DNA of 64,000 nt from Alphaproteobacteria bacterium (GTDB taxonomy: Bacteria > Pseudomonadota > Alphaproteobacteria > Caulobacterales > Aquidulcibacteraceae): contig WGOB01000012.1 of assembly GCA_016124255.1 (NCBI GenBank), positions 54,682 through 118,681 of the forward strand. Reading direction: 5' to 3'. A program made the translations under genes and the position numbers. Numbering within the stretch: the first letter of the stretch is position 1; each line of letters begins with the position of its first letter. Shown one piece after another: positions 28,173 through 37,457 of this stretch. Under the pieces are notes generated by a model. That model was not told the DNA's origin and made no database searches. It saw only the letters and a list, made by a program, of their open reading frames with translations.

Positions 28173-30563
28173 ATGAGCAAATCCGCCGCCATTCCCGAGG
28201 GTGATGAACCCTCCGCCGCCGCGCCGTCCGAAGACGGCCGCGCGCAGCTGAAGCGCGCGACGCTGACGATCGGCGCGGGGCTGATCGGCGTCTATGGGCT
28301 CGGCGCCATCCTCACCTATTCGCCGGAAGATCCGAGCTTCAACCACGCAACGGATGCGGCTGCGCGCAATCTGTTCGGCGGACCCGGCGCCGCGCTCGCG
28401 GACCTGACGATCCAAACGCTCGGCGCGGCGGCGCCGCTGGCGATGGGCGCGCTGGCGGCTGCGGGCGCGCTGCGCATCCTGCGCAAGCGCCTGGTGCGTC
28501 CGATCGAGCGCTCGCGGCTTTTCGCCGGCGTCGCGGGCGTTGCGCTGCTCGCCGGCGCCGCCTCCTCCATTCCGACCGACGTGATGGAGGGCTGGCCGCT
28601 CGGCGCCGGGTTCGGCGGCGTGGTCGGCGATTTCTTCATGAACATCGTTTCGGGTCTGCTTTCGCTGCCGGGGCTGCCGTTCGCGCATGCAACGTCGGGC
28701 GTCTTGTGCGCGATGGGCGGGCTGCTCGGCGTCGGCTGGGCGTTTCAGCTGAAAGCGGACGACGTGCGCACCGCGGCGGATCGCGCGCGCAAGGCCGCGA
28801 CCACCCAAGCGACGCGCGCCATCACGTTCATGGGCGAGCGGATGCGGCGCGACGAGATCGAGGCGCCGCGCGAGGCGGCCGACGAGTCTGCGTATTTCCC
28901 GCGGCGCCTCGCGCCGGTTCCGCCCGCCTTCACTTATGAGGAGCCGGAGACTGCCCCCGCTCGCGTTGCGCCGCAGCCGGCCGAGCCGCCCCGGCGCGCG
29001 CCTGCGCCGCCGCGACGCGAAACGCGACCGGCGCAAAGCACGACCTATCAGCGCGGCGCGCGGTTCGAGTTGCCGAACGAAGCGCATTTCGCCGCGCCGA
29101 AGGCGCGCACGAGCCACGCCGACCCCGCGCAGCTGCAGGCGATGAGCAAGCAGCTGGAAGACGTGCTCGCCGATTTCGGCGTGCAGGGCGAGATCGTGTC
29201 GGCGCGGCCGGGCCCCGTCGTCACGCTGTTCGAGCTTGAGCCGGCGCCGGGCGTTAAATCCGCGCGCGTGATCGGCCTCGCCGACGACATCGCGCGCTCG
29301 ATGAGCGCCACCGCCGCGCGCGTCGCGGTCATCCCCGGGCGGAACGCGATCGGCATCGAGCTGCCGAACCCAAAACGCGAAACCGTGTTCATGCGCACGC
29401 TGCTCACCTCGCCGTCGTTCGCGGGCGTGCAAGGCGGGCTGCCGCTGGCGCTGGGCGAAACGATCGAGGGGGACCCGTTCGCGGCCGACCTCACGAAGAT
29501 GCCGCACCTGCTGATCGCCGGCACCACCGGCTCGGGCAAGTCTGTCGGCATCAACGCGATGATCCTTTCGCTCATCTATCGGCATCCGCCGGATGAGTGC
29601 CGGTTCATCATGATCGATCCGAAGATGCTGGAGCTTTCGGTCTACGAAGGTATCCCGCATCTCCTCTCCCCTGTCGTGACGGATCCGAAGAAGGCCGTCG
29701 TCGCGCTCAAATGGACCGTGCGCGAGATGGAGGAGCGCTACCGGCGCATGTCCAAGCTCGGCGTGCGCAACATCATCGGCTACAACGAGCGCGTCACCGA
29801 AGCGCGCCGCACCGGGGGCAAGCTGGAGCGGACAACGCATGTCGGTTTCGATCCCGAAACCGGCGCGCCGATCCACGAGACCCAGGAGCTGCCGCTCGAA
29901 CCGATGCCATACATCGTCGTCGTGATCGACGAGATGGCCGATCTCATGATCGTTGCCGGCAAGGAGATCGAAGCGGCGGTGCAGCGCCTCGCGCAAATGG
30001 CGCGCGCGGCCGGCATCCATCTGATCATGGCGACGCAGCGCCCATCGGTGGACGTGATCACCGGCACGATCAAGGCGAACTTCCCGACGCGGATCTCGTA
30101 CCAGGTCGCGTCGCGCGTCGACAGCCGCACCATCCTCAACGAAAACGGCGCCGAACAATTGCTCGGCATGGGCGATCTGCTCTACATGGCGGGCGGGGGC
30201 CGCATCCGGCGTCTGCACGGCCCGTTCGTCTCCGATGCGGAAGTCGAGCGCGTCGTGGCAATGCTGAAGGCGCAGGGCACGCCGCAATACCGGATGGACG
30301 TGACCGAGGACGAGCAAGACGGCGACGGGGATCTGGAGCCGGATCTGTTCGACGGCGCAAACGCCACCGGCGACGAGCTCTACGACCGCGCCGTCGAGAT
30401 CGTGACGCGCGACCGAAAGGCCTCCACCTCCTACCTGCAGCGGCGCCTGCAGATCGGCTACAATCGCGCGGCCACGCTGATCGAGCGGCTGGAGAAGGAA
30501 GGCGTCATCTCCACCGCCAACGCGGCGGGCAAACGCGACATCCTGATCGGGCAACCGGATTAA
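28173..30563 (+). CDS. ftsK: DNA translocase FtsK
   Basis: N-terminal TM helices, a Pro-rich linker, [17 protein letters not shown] (Walker A), [11 protein letters not shown], and a C-terminal gamma domain (winged helix) [18 protein letters not shown]. Confidence 0.96.
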   Translation: MSKSAAIPEGDEPSAAAPSEDGRAQLKRATLTIGAGLIGVYGLGAILTYSPEDPSFNHATDAAARNLFGGPGAALADLTIQTLGAAAPLAMGALAAAGALRILRKRLVRPIERSRLFAGVAGVALLAGAASSIPTDVMEGWPLGAGFGGVVGDFFMNIVSGLLSLPGLPFAHATSGVLCAMGGLLGVGWAFQLKADDVRTAADRARKAATTQATRAITFMGERMRRDEIEAPREAADESAYFPRRLAPVPPAFTYEEPETAPARVAPQPAEPPRRAPAPPRRETRPAQSTTYQRGARFELPNEAHFAAPKARTSHADPAQLQAMSKQLEDVLADFGVQGEIVSARPGPVVTLFELEPAPGVKSARVIGLADDIARSMSATAARVAVIPGRNAIGIELPNPKRETVFMRTLLTSPSFAGVQGGLPLALGETIEGDPFAADLTKMPHLLIAGTTGSGKSVGINAMILSLIYRHPPDECRFIMIDPKMLELSVYEGIPHLLSPVVTDPKKAVVALKWTVREMEERYRRMSKLGVRNIIGYNERVTEARRTGGKLERTTHVGFDPETGAPIHETQELPLEPMPYIVVVIDEMADLMIVAGKEIEAAVQRLAQMARAAGIHLIMATQRPSVDVITGTIKANFPTRISYQVASRVDSRTILNENGAEQLLGMGDLLYMAGGGRIRRLHGPFVSDAEVERVVAMLKAQGTPQYRMDVTEDEQDGDGDLEPDLFDGANATGDELYDRAVEIVTRDRKASTSYLQRRLQIGYNRAATLIERLEKEGVISTANAAGKRDILIGQPD

Positions 30564-30645
30564 TTTTGGCGCGCCGATTGTCGGCGGCCGACCATCGCGT
30601 TGCGAGCGGATTTACACCGCTCCCAGTGTGGCGCAGCGCGTCCGG

Positions 30646-31095
30646 TTATCGCGGCGGGCCCGCGAGGGCGAAGAACTCGATCACGTTGCCGTCGGGATCG
30701 ACGAAGCGGAACAGGCTGATCGGGCCTTCGCGAACGATGACGTCGTCGCGGAGCGCGCCCGGCGCGACCGCGCGCACGCGTTCGAACTCGGCGTCGATAT
30801 CGCGCACGCGAATGTAGGGCACGGTGCTCTCGCCGCGCGGCGCGTCGGGCGCGAACGCTGCGCGCGAGGCGATCGCGTAGAACCCGCCGGCGACGTCGAA
30901 CCCGACCAGCGCCGGCGTGCGCACCGCGGGCGGCTCGGCAAAGACGCGCTCGTAGAACGCCGCCGCGCGGTCGAGATCGTCGGACAGCACATAGAGGCCG
31001 AACCGCTCCGGCGCGAACGCCGCGTCCTGGCTTTGGGCGGCCTTGGGGATGATCAGTGTCATGACCAGGAACACGACGACGACGAAAGAACGCAT
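30646..31095 (-). CDS. Secreted VOC (glyoxalase/bleomycin resistance) family protein
   Basis: MRSFVVVVFLVMTLIIPKAAQSQ signal peptide. C-terminal FRFVDPDGNVIEF is typical of the VOC fold. Confidence 0.7.
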   Translation of the reverse strand: MRSFVVVVFLVMTLIIPKAAQSQDAAFAPERFGLYVLSDDLDRAAAFYERVFAEPPAVRTPALVGFDVAGGFYAIASRAAFAPDAPRGESTVPYIRVRDIDAEFERVRAVAPGALRDDVIVREGPISLFRFVDPDGNVIEFFALAGPPR

Positions 31096-31266
31096 GGGAA
31101 TCTCCTCTTCGCCCACACCCTAGTCGGGGCTGGTGTCAGGAGATGTCAGCAGTCGAACCGCGACCTGGGCGCCCCGGAACCGGGCCGGCGGATGAACGCT
31201 GTCTGAGTTTCGCCGACGCGAAATCGCCCCGCGGGCGCCCTTTCCTTCGCCTTCAACGGAAGCCAT

Positions 31267-31920
31267 GTGGACGCCATGAGACGCCAATTCCTCGCTGGCC
31301 TTTTGGGCCTCGCAGCCGCCCTCGCCTTCGCCGCGCCCGCCAGCGCGCAATCGGGACAGGCGCTGCAGGGCGCCGAACGCACGCGGGCGCTGACCCAAGC
31401 CAGCGCCGCACTCAACAGCCAGCGGCTGCTGGCCGGGCGCTTTCGCCAGACCGCGCCCGACGGCTCGGTGAGCCAGGGGCGCTTCTATCTGCAGCGGCCC
31501 GGCCGGGTGCGGTTCGAGTACGATCCGCCGACCTCAATGCTGATCGTGGCGGACGGCTCGATCGTCGCCATCGAAGACCGAGCGCTGCGCAGCACCAACC
31601 GGTCGCCGCTGCGGGAGACGCCGCTCTTCTTTGTGCTCAAGAACGACATCAATCTGGAGCGTGACGCGCGCGTCACGCGCGTGCGGCGCGAAGGCGGAGC
31701 GCTCCTCGTCTCCGCGCGGGACCGCACGGGCCAGGCCGATGGCGAGATCACGCTGCGCCTTGAAGGGCCGAACTACGAGCTGCGGTCATGGGACGTGGTC
31801 GACGCGTCGGGCGCGCTGACGCGAATCGCGCTGACGCAGGTGAGTCGCCCAGAACGCGTCGACCCGCGCCTGTTCCGGGCGCCGGCGGCCACTGCGGTGT
31901 CGCCGCGCGCGCAGCGCTAA
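31267..31920 (+). CDS. lolA: Outer-membrane lipoprotein carrier protein LolA-like
   Basis: Signal peptide, then LAGRFRQTAPDGSVSQGRFYLQRPGRVRFEY. ftsK-lolA synteny. Confidence 0.85.
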   Translation: MDAMRRQFLAGLLGLAAALAFAAPASAQSGQALQGAERTRALTQASAALNSQRLLAGRFRQTAPDGSVSQGRFYLQRPGRVRFEYDPPTSMLIVADGSIVAIEDRALRSTNRSPLRETPLFFVLKNDINLERDARVTRVRREGGALLVSARDRTGQADGEITLRLEGPNYELRSWDVVDASGALTRIALTQVSRPERVDPRLFRAPAATAVSPRAQR

Positions 31921-32010
31921 GCGTGCGGCTAAGCCTTTGCGAAGGTTGATAAATCCATAACGTCACCGTTTCGTGAGCCGCACACGCAAGTCGTTTCACC
32001 TGGTGAAGGA

Positions 32011-32039
32011 TTGATTTTCTGAGGTCTGTGATCTATATG
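32011..32039 (+). promoter_or_regulatory. Sigma70-like promoter TTGATT-N17-TATATG
   Basis: The -35 is at 32011-32016 and the -10 at 32034-32039. A palindrome TTCACC-T-GGTGAA lies at 31995-32007, just upstream. Confidence 0.5.
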
Positions 32040-32045
32040 CCACTT

Positions 32046-32200
32046 ACGGCCGCCGCTCATCCCCCTGGATCAGCGTCGTCCCCCCGCTGACGGATCCAGC
32101 GCGGCGGCCCCGCCGGAACTTTTCCCCTCCCGGCGCGTGCGCCCACCCTCAAGGCGCATGATAGAGGCCCGGCCCGAAAGGGTCGGGCCTCTCACTTTTT
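32046..32200 (+). ncRNA. Candidate ~155-nt trans-acting sRNA with three C-rich hairpin loops and an intrinsic terminator
   Basis: Hairpin 32065-32099 has loop UCGUCCCCC. Hairpin 32111-32135 has loop AACUUUUCCCCUC. Hairpin 32138-32158 has loop CACCCUCAA. The terminator GAGGCCCGGCCC-GAAA-GGGUCGGGCCUC plus a U-run lies at 32165-32200. The 5' end is inferred from the promoter. Confidence 0.5.
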
Positions 32201-32390
32201 GTGGCTCTCTTTTTGGCGCGCCGGACACGTGACGGAGACCCCGTCGCCGAGGCGCGCCAGGGACCGGAACCGGCCTTGGCGCGCAAGCGGGCCCGGCCCC
32301 CGTGATCTGGTGTTGGAGCTGGATTGGGCCCGCGGGCTTCCAGCTCGCGGGCCCTTCCCTTCTTCGGCGAAGCGCACGATCTGGGGCGCG

Positions 32391-33176
32391 ATGAAGATTG
32401 CGACGTGGAACATCAATTCCGTGCGGCTGCGGGCGGCGACGGTGGGGCGATGGGTTTCGGAGGCGAAGCCGGACGTCTTGTGCCTGCAGGAGATCAAGTG
32501 CCGGAACGGGGAGTTTCCGACGGCGATCTTCAAGGAGATGGGCTTCAAACATTTCCACATCGTCGGGCAAAAGGGCTGGCACGGCGTGGCGATCATCTCG
32601 AAACGCAAACTGGAGCCGCTGGAGGGACCGCCGCTCTGCGCCAGGAAAGAAGCGCGCGTGGCTGCGGCGAAAATCGACGGGATCGAAATCCACAATCTCT
32701 ATGTGCCGGCGGGCGCCGATGTGCCCGATCCGGCGCTTAATCCAAAATTCGCGCACAAGTTGGATGTGCTCGCGCGGATGAAACGCGCCTACAAGAAGCG
32801 CAAGGGGGATGGGCCGCTCGTCATCGTCGGCGATCTCAATGTCGCGCCGGGCGAACACGACGTGTGGAGCCACAAGCAATTGCTCGACGTTGTCTCGCAC
32901 ACGCCCGTGGAGACGAGCGGGCTCGAAGCGGCGCGCGAGGCCGGCGGATTCGTTGATCTGGCGCGGCGGCACAAGCCTGATCCGGAAAAGCTCTTCACGT
33001 GGTGGAGCTATCGATCGCCGGACTGGACGAAGAACAATCGCGGGCGCCGGCTTGATCACATCTGGTCGAGCGGCGATCTCGCGGACGTGTCGCGCGACTA
33101 CCAGATTCATATCCCCTGCCGCTCGTGGGAGCGGCCAAGCGACCACGTGCCGGTGACCACGACGTTCAAGCTTTGA
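32391..33176 (+). CDS. xthA: Exodeoxyribonuclease III
   Basis: MKIATWNINSVRLR...DVLCLQEIK...GDLNVAP...RLDHIW...SDHVPV. Trimmed to the ATG at 32391. Confidence 0.93.
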   Translation: MKIATWNINSVRLRAATVGRWVSEAKPDVLCLQEIKCRNGEFPTAIFKEMGFKHFHIVGQKGWHGVAIISKRKLEPLEGPPLCARKEARVAAAKIDGIEIHNLYVPAGADVPDPALNPKFAHKLDVLARMKRAYKKRKGDGPLVIVGDLNVAPGEHDVWSHKQLLDVVSHTPVETSGLEAAREAGGFVDLARRHKPDPEKLFTWWSYRSPDWTKNNRGRRLDHIWSSGDLADVSRDYQIHIPCRSWERPSDHVPVTTTFKL

Positions 33177-33249
33177 CGCAACAGATCGTCACCAAAAGTG
33201 CGCAGCACGGCGATGGCGGCGAGGCGGGCGCCGGTCTAAGCATTGTGCG

Positions 33250-33918
33250 ATGACCCTGCATGACGCGATCCGGCAGCTCTATCCGAGCAATCTTGAGCGC
33301 CTGGCGGATCGCTGGGTGCACATTGTCGGGCTCGTGATTGCGGGCGCCGCCGGCGCAACGCTGCTCGGGCTGTCGATCTGGCAGGGCGGCGCGGGGCGGA
33401 TTTCGTCGGTGACGCTCTATGCGCTCTGCTGGATCGCGATGCTCTCGGCTTCGGCGCTCTACAATATGCGCGACCGGTCGGCGCGGCAGGGCCTCTTCCG
33501 CCGGTTCGATCATGCGGCGATCTTCCTCATGATCGCGGGCTCCTACACCCCCTTCACGACGCAGCGGTTCGAGGGCGCGTGGGCGATCGGGATGACCGCG
33601 GCGGTGTGGGGCGTGGCGCTGCTTGGCGCCGCGGGGAAGCTCTTTCTCCCGGGCTTGTCGAAGAAGATCTGGGTGGCGCTCTATCTGGCGCTCGGCTGGA
33701 TCGCGCTCATCGCGCTGCAGCCGTTCATGGAGGGCGTGCCGCTGCCGGCGCTGATCCTCTTGATCGTGGGCGGGGGCGTCTACACGCTCGGCGTCGTCTT
33801 CTATCTCATCCGCGCGCTCCCCTTCCGGCGCGCGATCTGGCACGGGCACGTGCTTGCGGCTTCCGCGACGCACTACGCGGCGGTGCTGGTGGGCGTCGTG
33901 CTCGCCGCACCGCGCTAG
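33250..33918 (+). CDS. Hemolysin III / PAQR-family membrane protein
   Basis: 222-aa ORF, multi-TM, with RRFDHAAIFLMIAGSYTPF and a HYAAV C-terminal motif. Confidence 0.8.
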   Translation: MTLHDAIRQLYPSNLERLADRWVHIVGLVIAGAAGATLLGLSIWQGGAGRISSVTLYALCWIAMLSASALYNMRDRSARQGLFRRFDHAAIFLMIAGSYTPFTTQRFEGAWAIGMTAAVWGVALLGAAGKLFLPGLSKKIWVALYLALGWIALIALQPFMEGVPLPALILLIVGGGVYTLGVVFYLIRALPFRRAIWHGHVLAASATHYAAVLVGVVLAAPR

Positions 33919-33925
33919 GTCAGGC

Positions 33926-34621
33926 TCAAACCTGCAGGCGATAGCCGCCGGTTTCGGTGATGAGGAGTTTCGGGCTTTGGGCGTCGGGCTCGATTTTCTG
34001 GCGCAGGCGATAGACGTGGGTTTCCAGCGTGTGGGTGGTGACGTTGGCGTTGTAGCCCCACACTTCGCGCAGGAGTTCGTCACGGCTGACGGGCTTTTCG
34101 CCTGAACGATAGAGATAGCGCAGGATGTTCGTCTCTTTCTCGGTGAGGCGGATCTTGCGGCTCTCAGCGTCCACCAACAGCTTCATCGCCGGGCGGAACT
34201 CGTAGGGGCCGATGCGGAAGGTCGCGTCTTCGCTCGCCTCGTGTGAGCGAAGGTGCGCGCGCATGCGGGCGACGAGCACTGAGAACTTGAACGGCTTCAG
34301 CACGTAATCGTTGGCGCCGGCGTCGAGGCCCTTGACCTGATCGGCGTCGGCGCGGGCCTCGCCCGTCAAGAGGATGATGGGCGTCTTCACGCCGGACTCG
34401 CGGAGCTTCTTCGTCGTCTCGATGCCGTCGGCGTCGTCGGGCAGGTGCACATCGAGGAGGATGAGCGCGGGCTTGGCCTCATCCGCGAGGCGCATCCCCT
34501 CCTCCGCGCTCTCGGCGGCGACGGCCTCGAAGCCGTCCTCGCGGTCGAGCTGTTCGACGAGCTCGTCGCGGAGCTCGGCGTCGTCGTCGATGATCAGGAT
34601 CCGGGCTTTGCGCGCCTGCAT
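33926..34621 (-). CDS. OmpR-family response regulator (CenR-like), orphan
   Basis: Receiver domain ILIIDDD...LILLDVHLPD...DYVLKPF, and a winged-helix LTEKETNILRYL...THTLETHVYRLRQKIE. No adjacent histidine kinase. The CenR assignment is tentative. Confidence 0.85.
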   Translation of the reverse strand: MQARKARILIIDDDAELRDELVEQLDREDGFEAVAAESAEEGMRLADEAKPALILLDVHLPDDADGIETTKKLRESGVKTPIILLTGEARADADQVKGLDAGANDYVLKPFKFSVLVARMRAHLRSHEASEDATFRIGPYEFRPAMKLLVDAESRKIRLTEKETNILRYLYRSGEKPVSRDELLREVWGYNANVTTHTLETHVYRLRQKIEPDAQSPKLLITETGGYRLQV

Positions 34622-34775
34622 GGTTCGTCCTTTGCGAACGCCTAAGTCCAACATGGTGTGCATTGCGGCTCCAGCCAATCGGCGCTGTACACTGGAACCG
34701 CACTATGCCCCCGCGCTCGACCGATGGAACAATGACGTTCCGGTGATCGCCGATGGTCTTTATGCGGAGCATTGG

Positions 34776-35474
34776 TCATGCGCGGGCGCCGAACAGCGCC
34801 GACCCGACGCGGACCTGCGTGGCGCCAAACCGAACCGCGGTCTCGTAGTCGCCGCTCATGCCCATGGAGAGCTCCGCCAGGCCGTTGCGGGCGGCGATCT
34901 TGGCGAGGAGCGCAAAGTGCATCGCCGGCTCCTCGTTCACCGGCGGGATGCACATGAGGCCCCGCACCGGCAGCGCGAAGGTCTCGCGCGCGATTTGGAT
35001 GAAGGCGTCGGCGTCCTGGGGGAGAACGCCCGCCTTCTGCGGCTCTGCGCCGGTGTTCACCTGGATCAGGATGTCGGGGCAGCGGCCGGCCTTTTGCGCC
35101 GCGTCGGCGAGCGCGCGGGCGAGCTTTTCTCGGTCGAGGCTGTCGATCGCGTCGAACAGCGCGACGGCGTCGGGGGCCTTGTTGGTCTGCAGCGGGCCGA
35201 TCAGGCGGAGGTGCAGATCGGGATGCACGCGGCGCCGCTTCGGCCAGCGCGCCTGGGCTTCCTGCACGCGGTTCTCTCCGAACAGGCGCTGGCCAGCGGC
35301 GAGCACGGCGTCGATGCGGCCGTCCGGCTGCTGCTTGGAGACGGCGACCAGCGCGATCTCGCCCGGATCGCGCCCGGCCTTGCGGGCGGCGCCGGCGATG
35401 CGCTCCAACACCGTCTGGCGGGCCGCGGCGGCGTCGAAGGGCGGATCAATGGCGGAATCGGCGGAAGCGCTCAT
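34776..35474 (-). CDS. yggS: YggS-family pyridoxal-phosphate homeostasis protein
   Basis: LVAVSKQQP (PLP Lys), FGENRVQE, and LSMGMSGDYETAVRFGATQVRVGSALFG. Confidence 0.9.
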   Translation of the reverse strand: MSASADSAIDPPFDAAAARQTVLERIAGAARKAGRDPGEIALVAVSKQQPDGRIDAVLAAGQRLFGENRVQEAQARWPKRRRVHPDLHLRLIGPLQTNKAPDAVALFDAIDSLDREKLARALADAAQKAGRCPDILIQVNTGAEPQKAGVLPQDADAFIQIARETFALPVRGLMCIPPVNEEPAMHFALLAKIAARNGLAELSMGMSGDYETAVRFGATQVRVGSALFGARA

Positions 35475-36048
35475 GACTATCGCCCGGCAGCTTAGCGCGG
35501 AAACGGGGGCGCGAGGATCGCCGCCCCTGCTTTTCCTGACCGATCCGGCGCGAACGCCTGATCCAGTCGCGATCGCCGCGCGGCTGCCGGCGGGGGCCGG
35601 CGTGATCTACCGGCATTTCGGTGCGGCGGACCGGCGCGGGACGGCGGCGGCTCTGGCGGCGGTATGCCGGACGCGCGGGCTGGCGCTGCTGATCGCGGCG
35701 GATCCGGATCTGGCGATGGCGACGGGGGCTGCGGGCGTGCACTGGCCGGAGCGGCTGATCCCGGGCAGGCGGCATGGCTTCCCGCTGGAGACGGCCGCGA
35801 CGCATGGGGCGGAGGCGCTGGCGCGGGCCGCCCGGGCGGGGCTGGACGCGGCCCTGCTCTCTCCGGTCTTCCCCAGCCGCAGCGCCCCGGCCGGGCGGCC
35901 GCTGGGCCCAATGCGGGCCGCGGGGCTGGCGCAGCGGGCCGGGCTGCCGGTCTATGCGCTGGGCGGCGTCAATGCGCGCTCAGCGCGGCGGCTCAAGGGG
36001 CTTGGATTTTCAGGGATCGCCGCGGTGGGCGCGATCGCCGGTGCCTAG
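35473..36048 (+). CDS. Thiamine-phosphate synthase (ThiE)-family protein
   Basis: 191-aa product trimmed from ORF 34858..36048. Carries GVHWPE, ALLSPVFPS and VYALGGVN motifs of the TMP-TENI fold. Its start overlaps the yggS start. Confidence 0.7.
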   Translation: MTIARQLSAETGARGSPPLLFLTDPARTPDPVAIAARLPAGAGVIYRHFGAADRRGTAAALAAVCRTRGLALLIAADPDLAMATGAAGVHWPERLIPGRRHGFPLETAATHGAEALARAARAGLDAALLSPVFPSRSAPAGRPLGPMRAAGLAQRAGLPVYALGGVNARSARRLKGLGFSGIAAVGAIAGA

Positions 36049-36482
36049 AACCGGAACGCCGATTCCAGGCGGACGCCGGCCTCGGCTTCCTCATCCCGGC
36101 GTGCGGGAGACAGCGGGTCGCGCTGGCCGAAGCTGACCTGGCCGCCGACGCGGACACTGGGCGTGAATTGGTAATACGCGCCCACGGCGGTCTCATCGCC
36201 CGGCGCGGGCGCCGTGACCGAGCGTTCGGCGTTGTTCAGATCAACCGTGACGCCCCAGCGATTGCCAGGCGTCCAAGCCTGGGCGCGCCGCTCGGACTGG
36301 CCGAACGAGGCGGTTTGCTCCGACGTGCCGTGATTATAGGTAAAGCGCTCATACCACGGGATTTCCGCGCGCATGGCGTTGCGTTCGGCGACAGTGTCCT
36401 GGGCGGCGGCCACGCCGGGCGCAGCGATACCGACCGTCATGATGACGGCCCCCGCCAGCCAGAGTGCATTACGCTTGCCCAC
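36045..36482 (-). CDS. Secreted hypothetical protein with C-terminal aromatic residue (beta-barrel-like end SAFRF)
   Basis: Signal peptide MGKRNALWLAGAVIMTVGIAAPGVAAAQ. No confident family. Confidence 0.55.
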   Translation of the reverse strand: MGKRNALWLAGAVIMTVGIAAPGVAAAQDTVAERNAMRAEIPWYERFTYNHGTSEQTASFGQSERRAQAWTPGNRWGVTVDLNNAERSVTAPAPGDETAVGAYYQFTPSVRVGGQVSFGQRDPLSPARRDEEAEAGVRLESAFRF

Positions 36483-36891
36483 TTCCGAACACCCACCTCT
36501 TCCACAGTTCCGCTTCGCAAGACCGACGCCAAGCCGGCGCTTCCTCAGGGAACCCGCCCAACGATCCCCCTACCCGAAGGGACCGCGTTATCTAGGAGCC
36601 TTCGCTCCAACCTCAAGCCTATACCCGACTCGCACTTAACGCGCTGTGAAAAGAAAGACACAGGTCCGTGGCGAAATAAGGAACCCGCCGGAAATCAAGG
36701 GTCGTTGCGGGACGAAATCTGTGGCTGGGGGGAACGCAGCGCCGCCTCTGGCCGGAAGGTGAACGCGTGGTATAGAGCCGACGCCGGCGCGGCCCGCCGG
36801 CGCCGCGTCCCGGCCACGTTTGGGGCGGCTTTTGATGACGATTATAGGCCGGCCGCGGTTCGGACGCGGCGGCGCTGGGGAGTTGCAGGGC

Positions 36892-37383
36892 ATGAATCGG
36901 ATCGGGCGCACTCTCATCCTGACGGCCGCGCTCATCGCGCCGCTCGGCGCGTGCGCGTCGCGCGGCGACGACAAGCAGGACGGCGCCCGCCAGGAGCGCA
37001 GCGGCGGGTTCGGCATACCGTTTCTCGGCGGCGGGCGCGAGGAAGCGACCCAGGATCCTGAAATCGGGGTCAATTCGTTCCTCTGGCGGGCCTCGCTCGA
37101 CACCCTCAATTTCATGCCGCTGGCGTCGGCCGATCCGTTCGGCGGGGTGATCATCACCGATTGGTATACGGACCCGACACGCCCGAACGAGCGGTTCAAG
37201 GCCACGGTCTACATCCTCGACACGCGCCTGCGCGCGGATGCGCTCAACGTCTCGATCTTCCGCCAGGAGATGTCACAGGGCGCGTGGGCGGACGCGCGGG
37301 TGAGCCCCGACACCGGCATCCAGATCGAGAACGCCATTCTGCGGCGGGCGCGCGAGCTGCGACTTAGCACCTTGCGCAATTGA
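36892..37383 (+). CDS. DUF3576-like lipoprotein
   Basis: MNRIGRTLILTAALIAPLGAC lipobox, then VNSFLWRASLDTLNFMPLASADPFGGVIITDWY. Lies upstream of leuS, as in many alphaproteobacteria. Confidence 0.75.
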   Translation: MNRIGRTLILTAALIAPLGACASRGDDKQDGARQERSGGFGIPFLGGGREEATQDPEIGVNSFLWRASLDTLNFMPLASADPFGGVIITDWYTDPTRPNERFKATVYILDTRLRADALNVSIFRQEMSQGAWADARVSPDTGIQIENAILRRARELRLSTLRN

Positions 37384-37457
37384 GGCGCGTGCGCAGCTCT
37401 TCCTTGGATTTCGCGCCTCGTTGACGTCCGGCCCGGCGCCGGACAAAGGGTGCGATC

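Noticed and set aside
27885-30554. 889-aa minus-strand ORF opposite ftsK
   Set aside because: It is antisense shadow of FtsK, which has clear Walker motifs and a gamma domain. The translation is Arg-rich low complexity.
36680-36706. EcfG-type general stress promoter GGAAC...CGTT upstream of the DUF3576 lipoprotein gene
   Set aside because: The spacer is 18 nt, against the 16-17 nt of the consensus, and the site is about 185 nt from the start codon. The support is insufficient.
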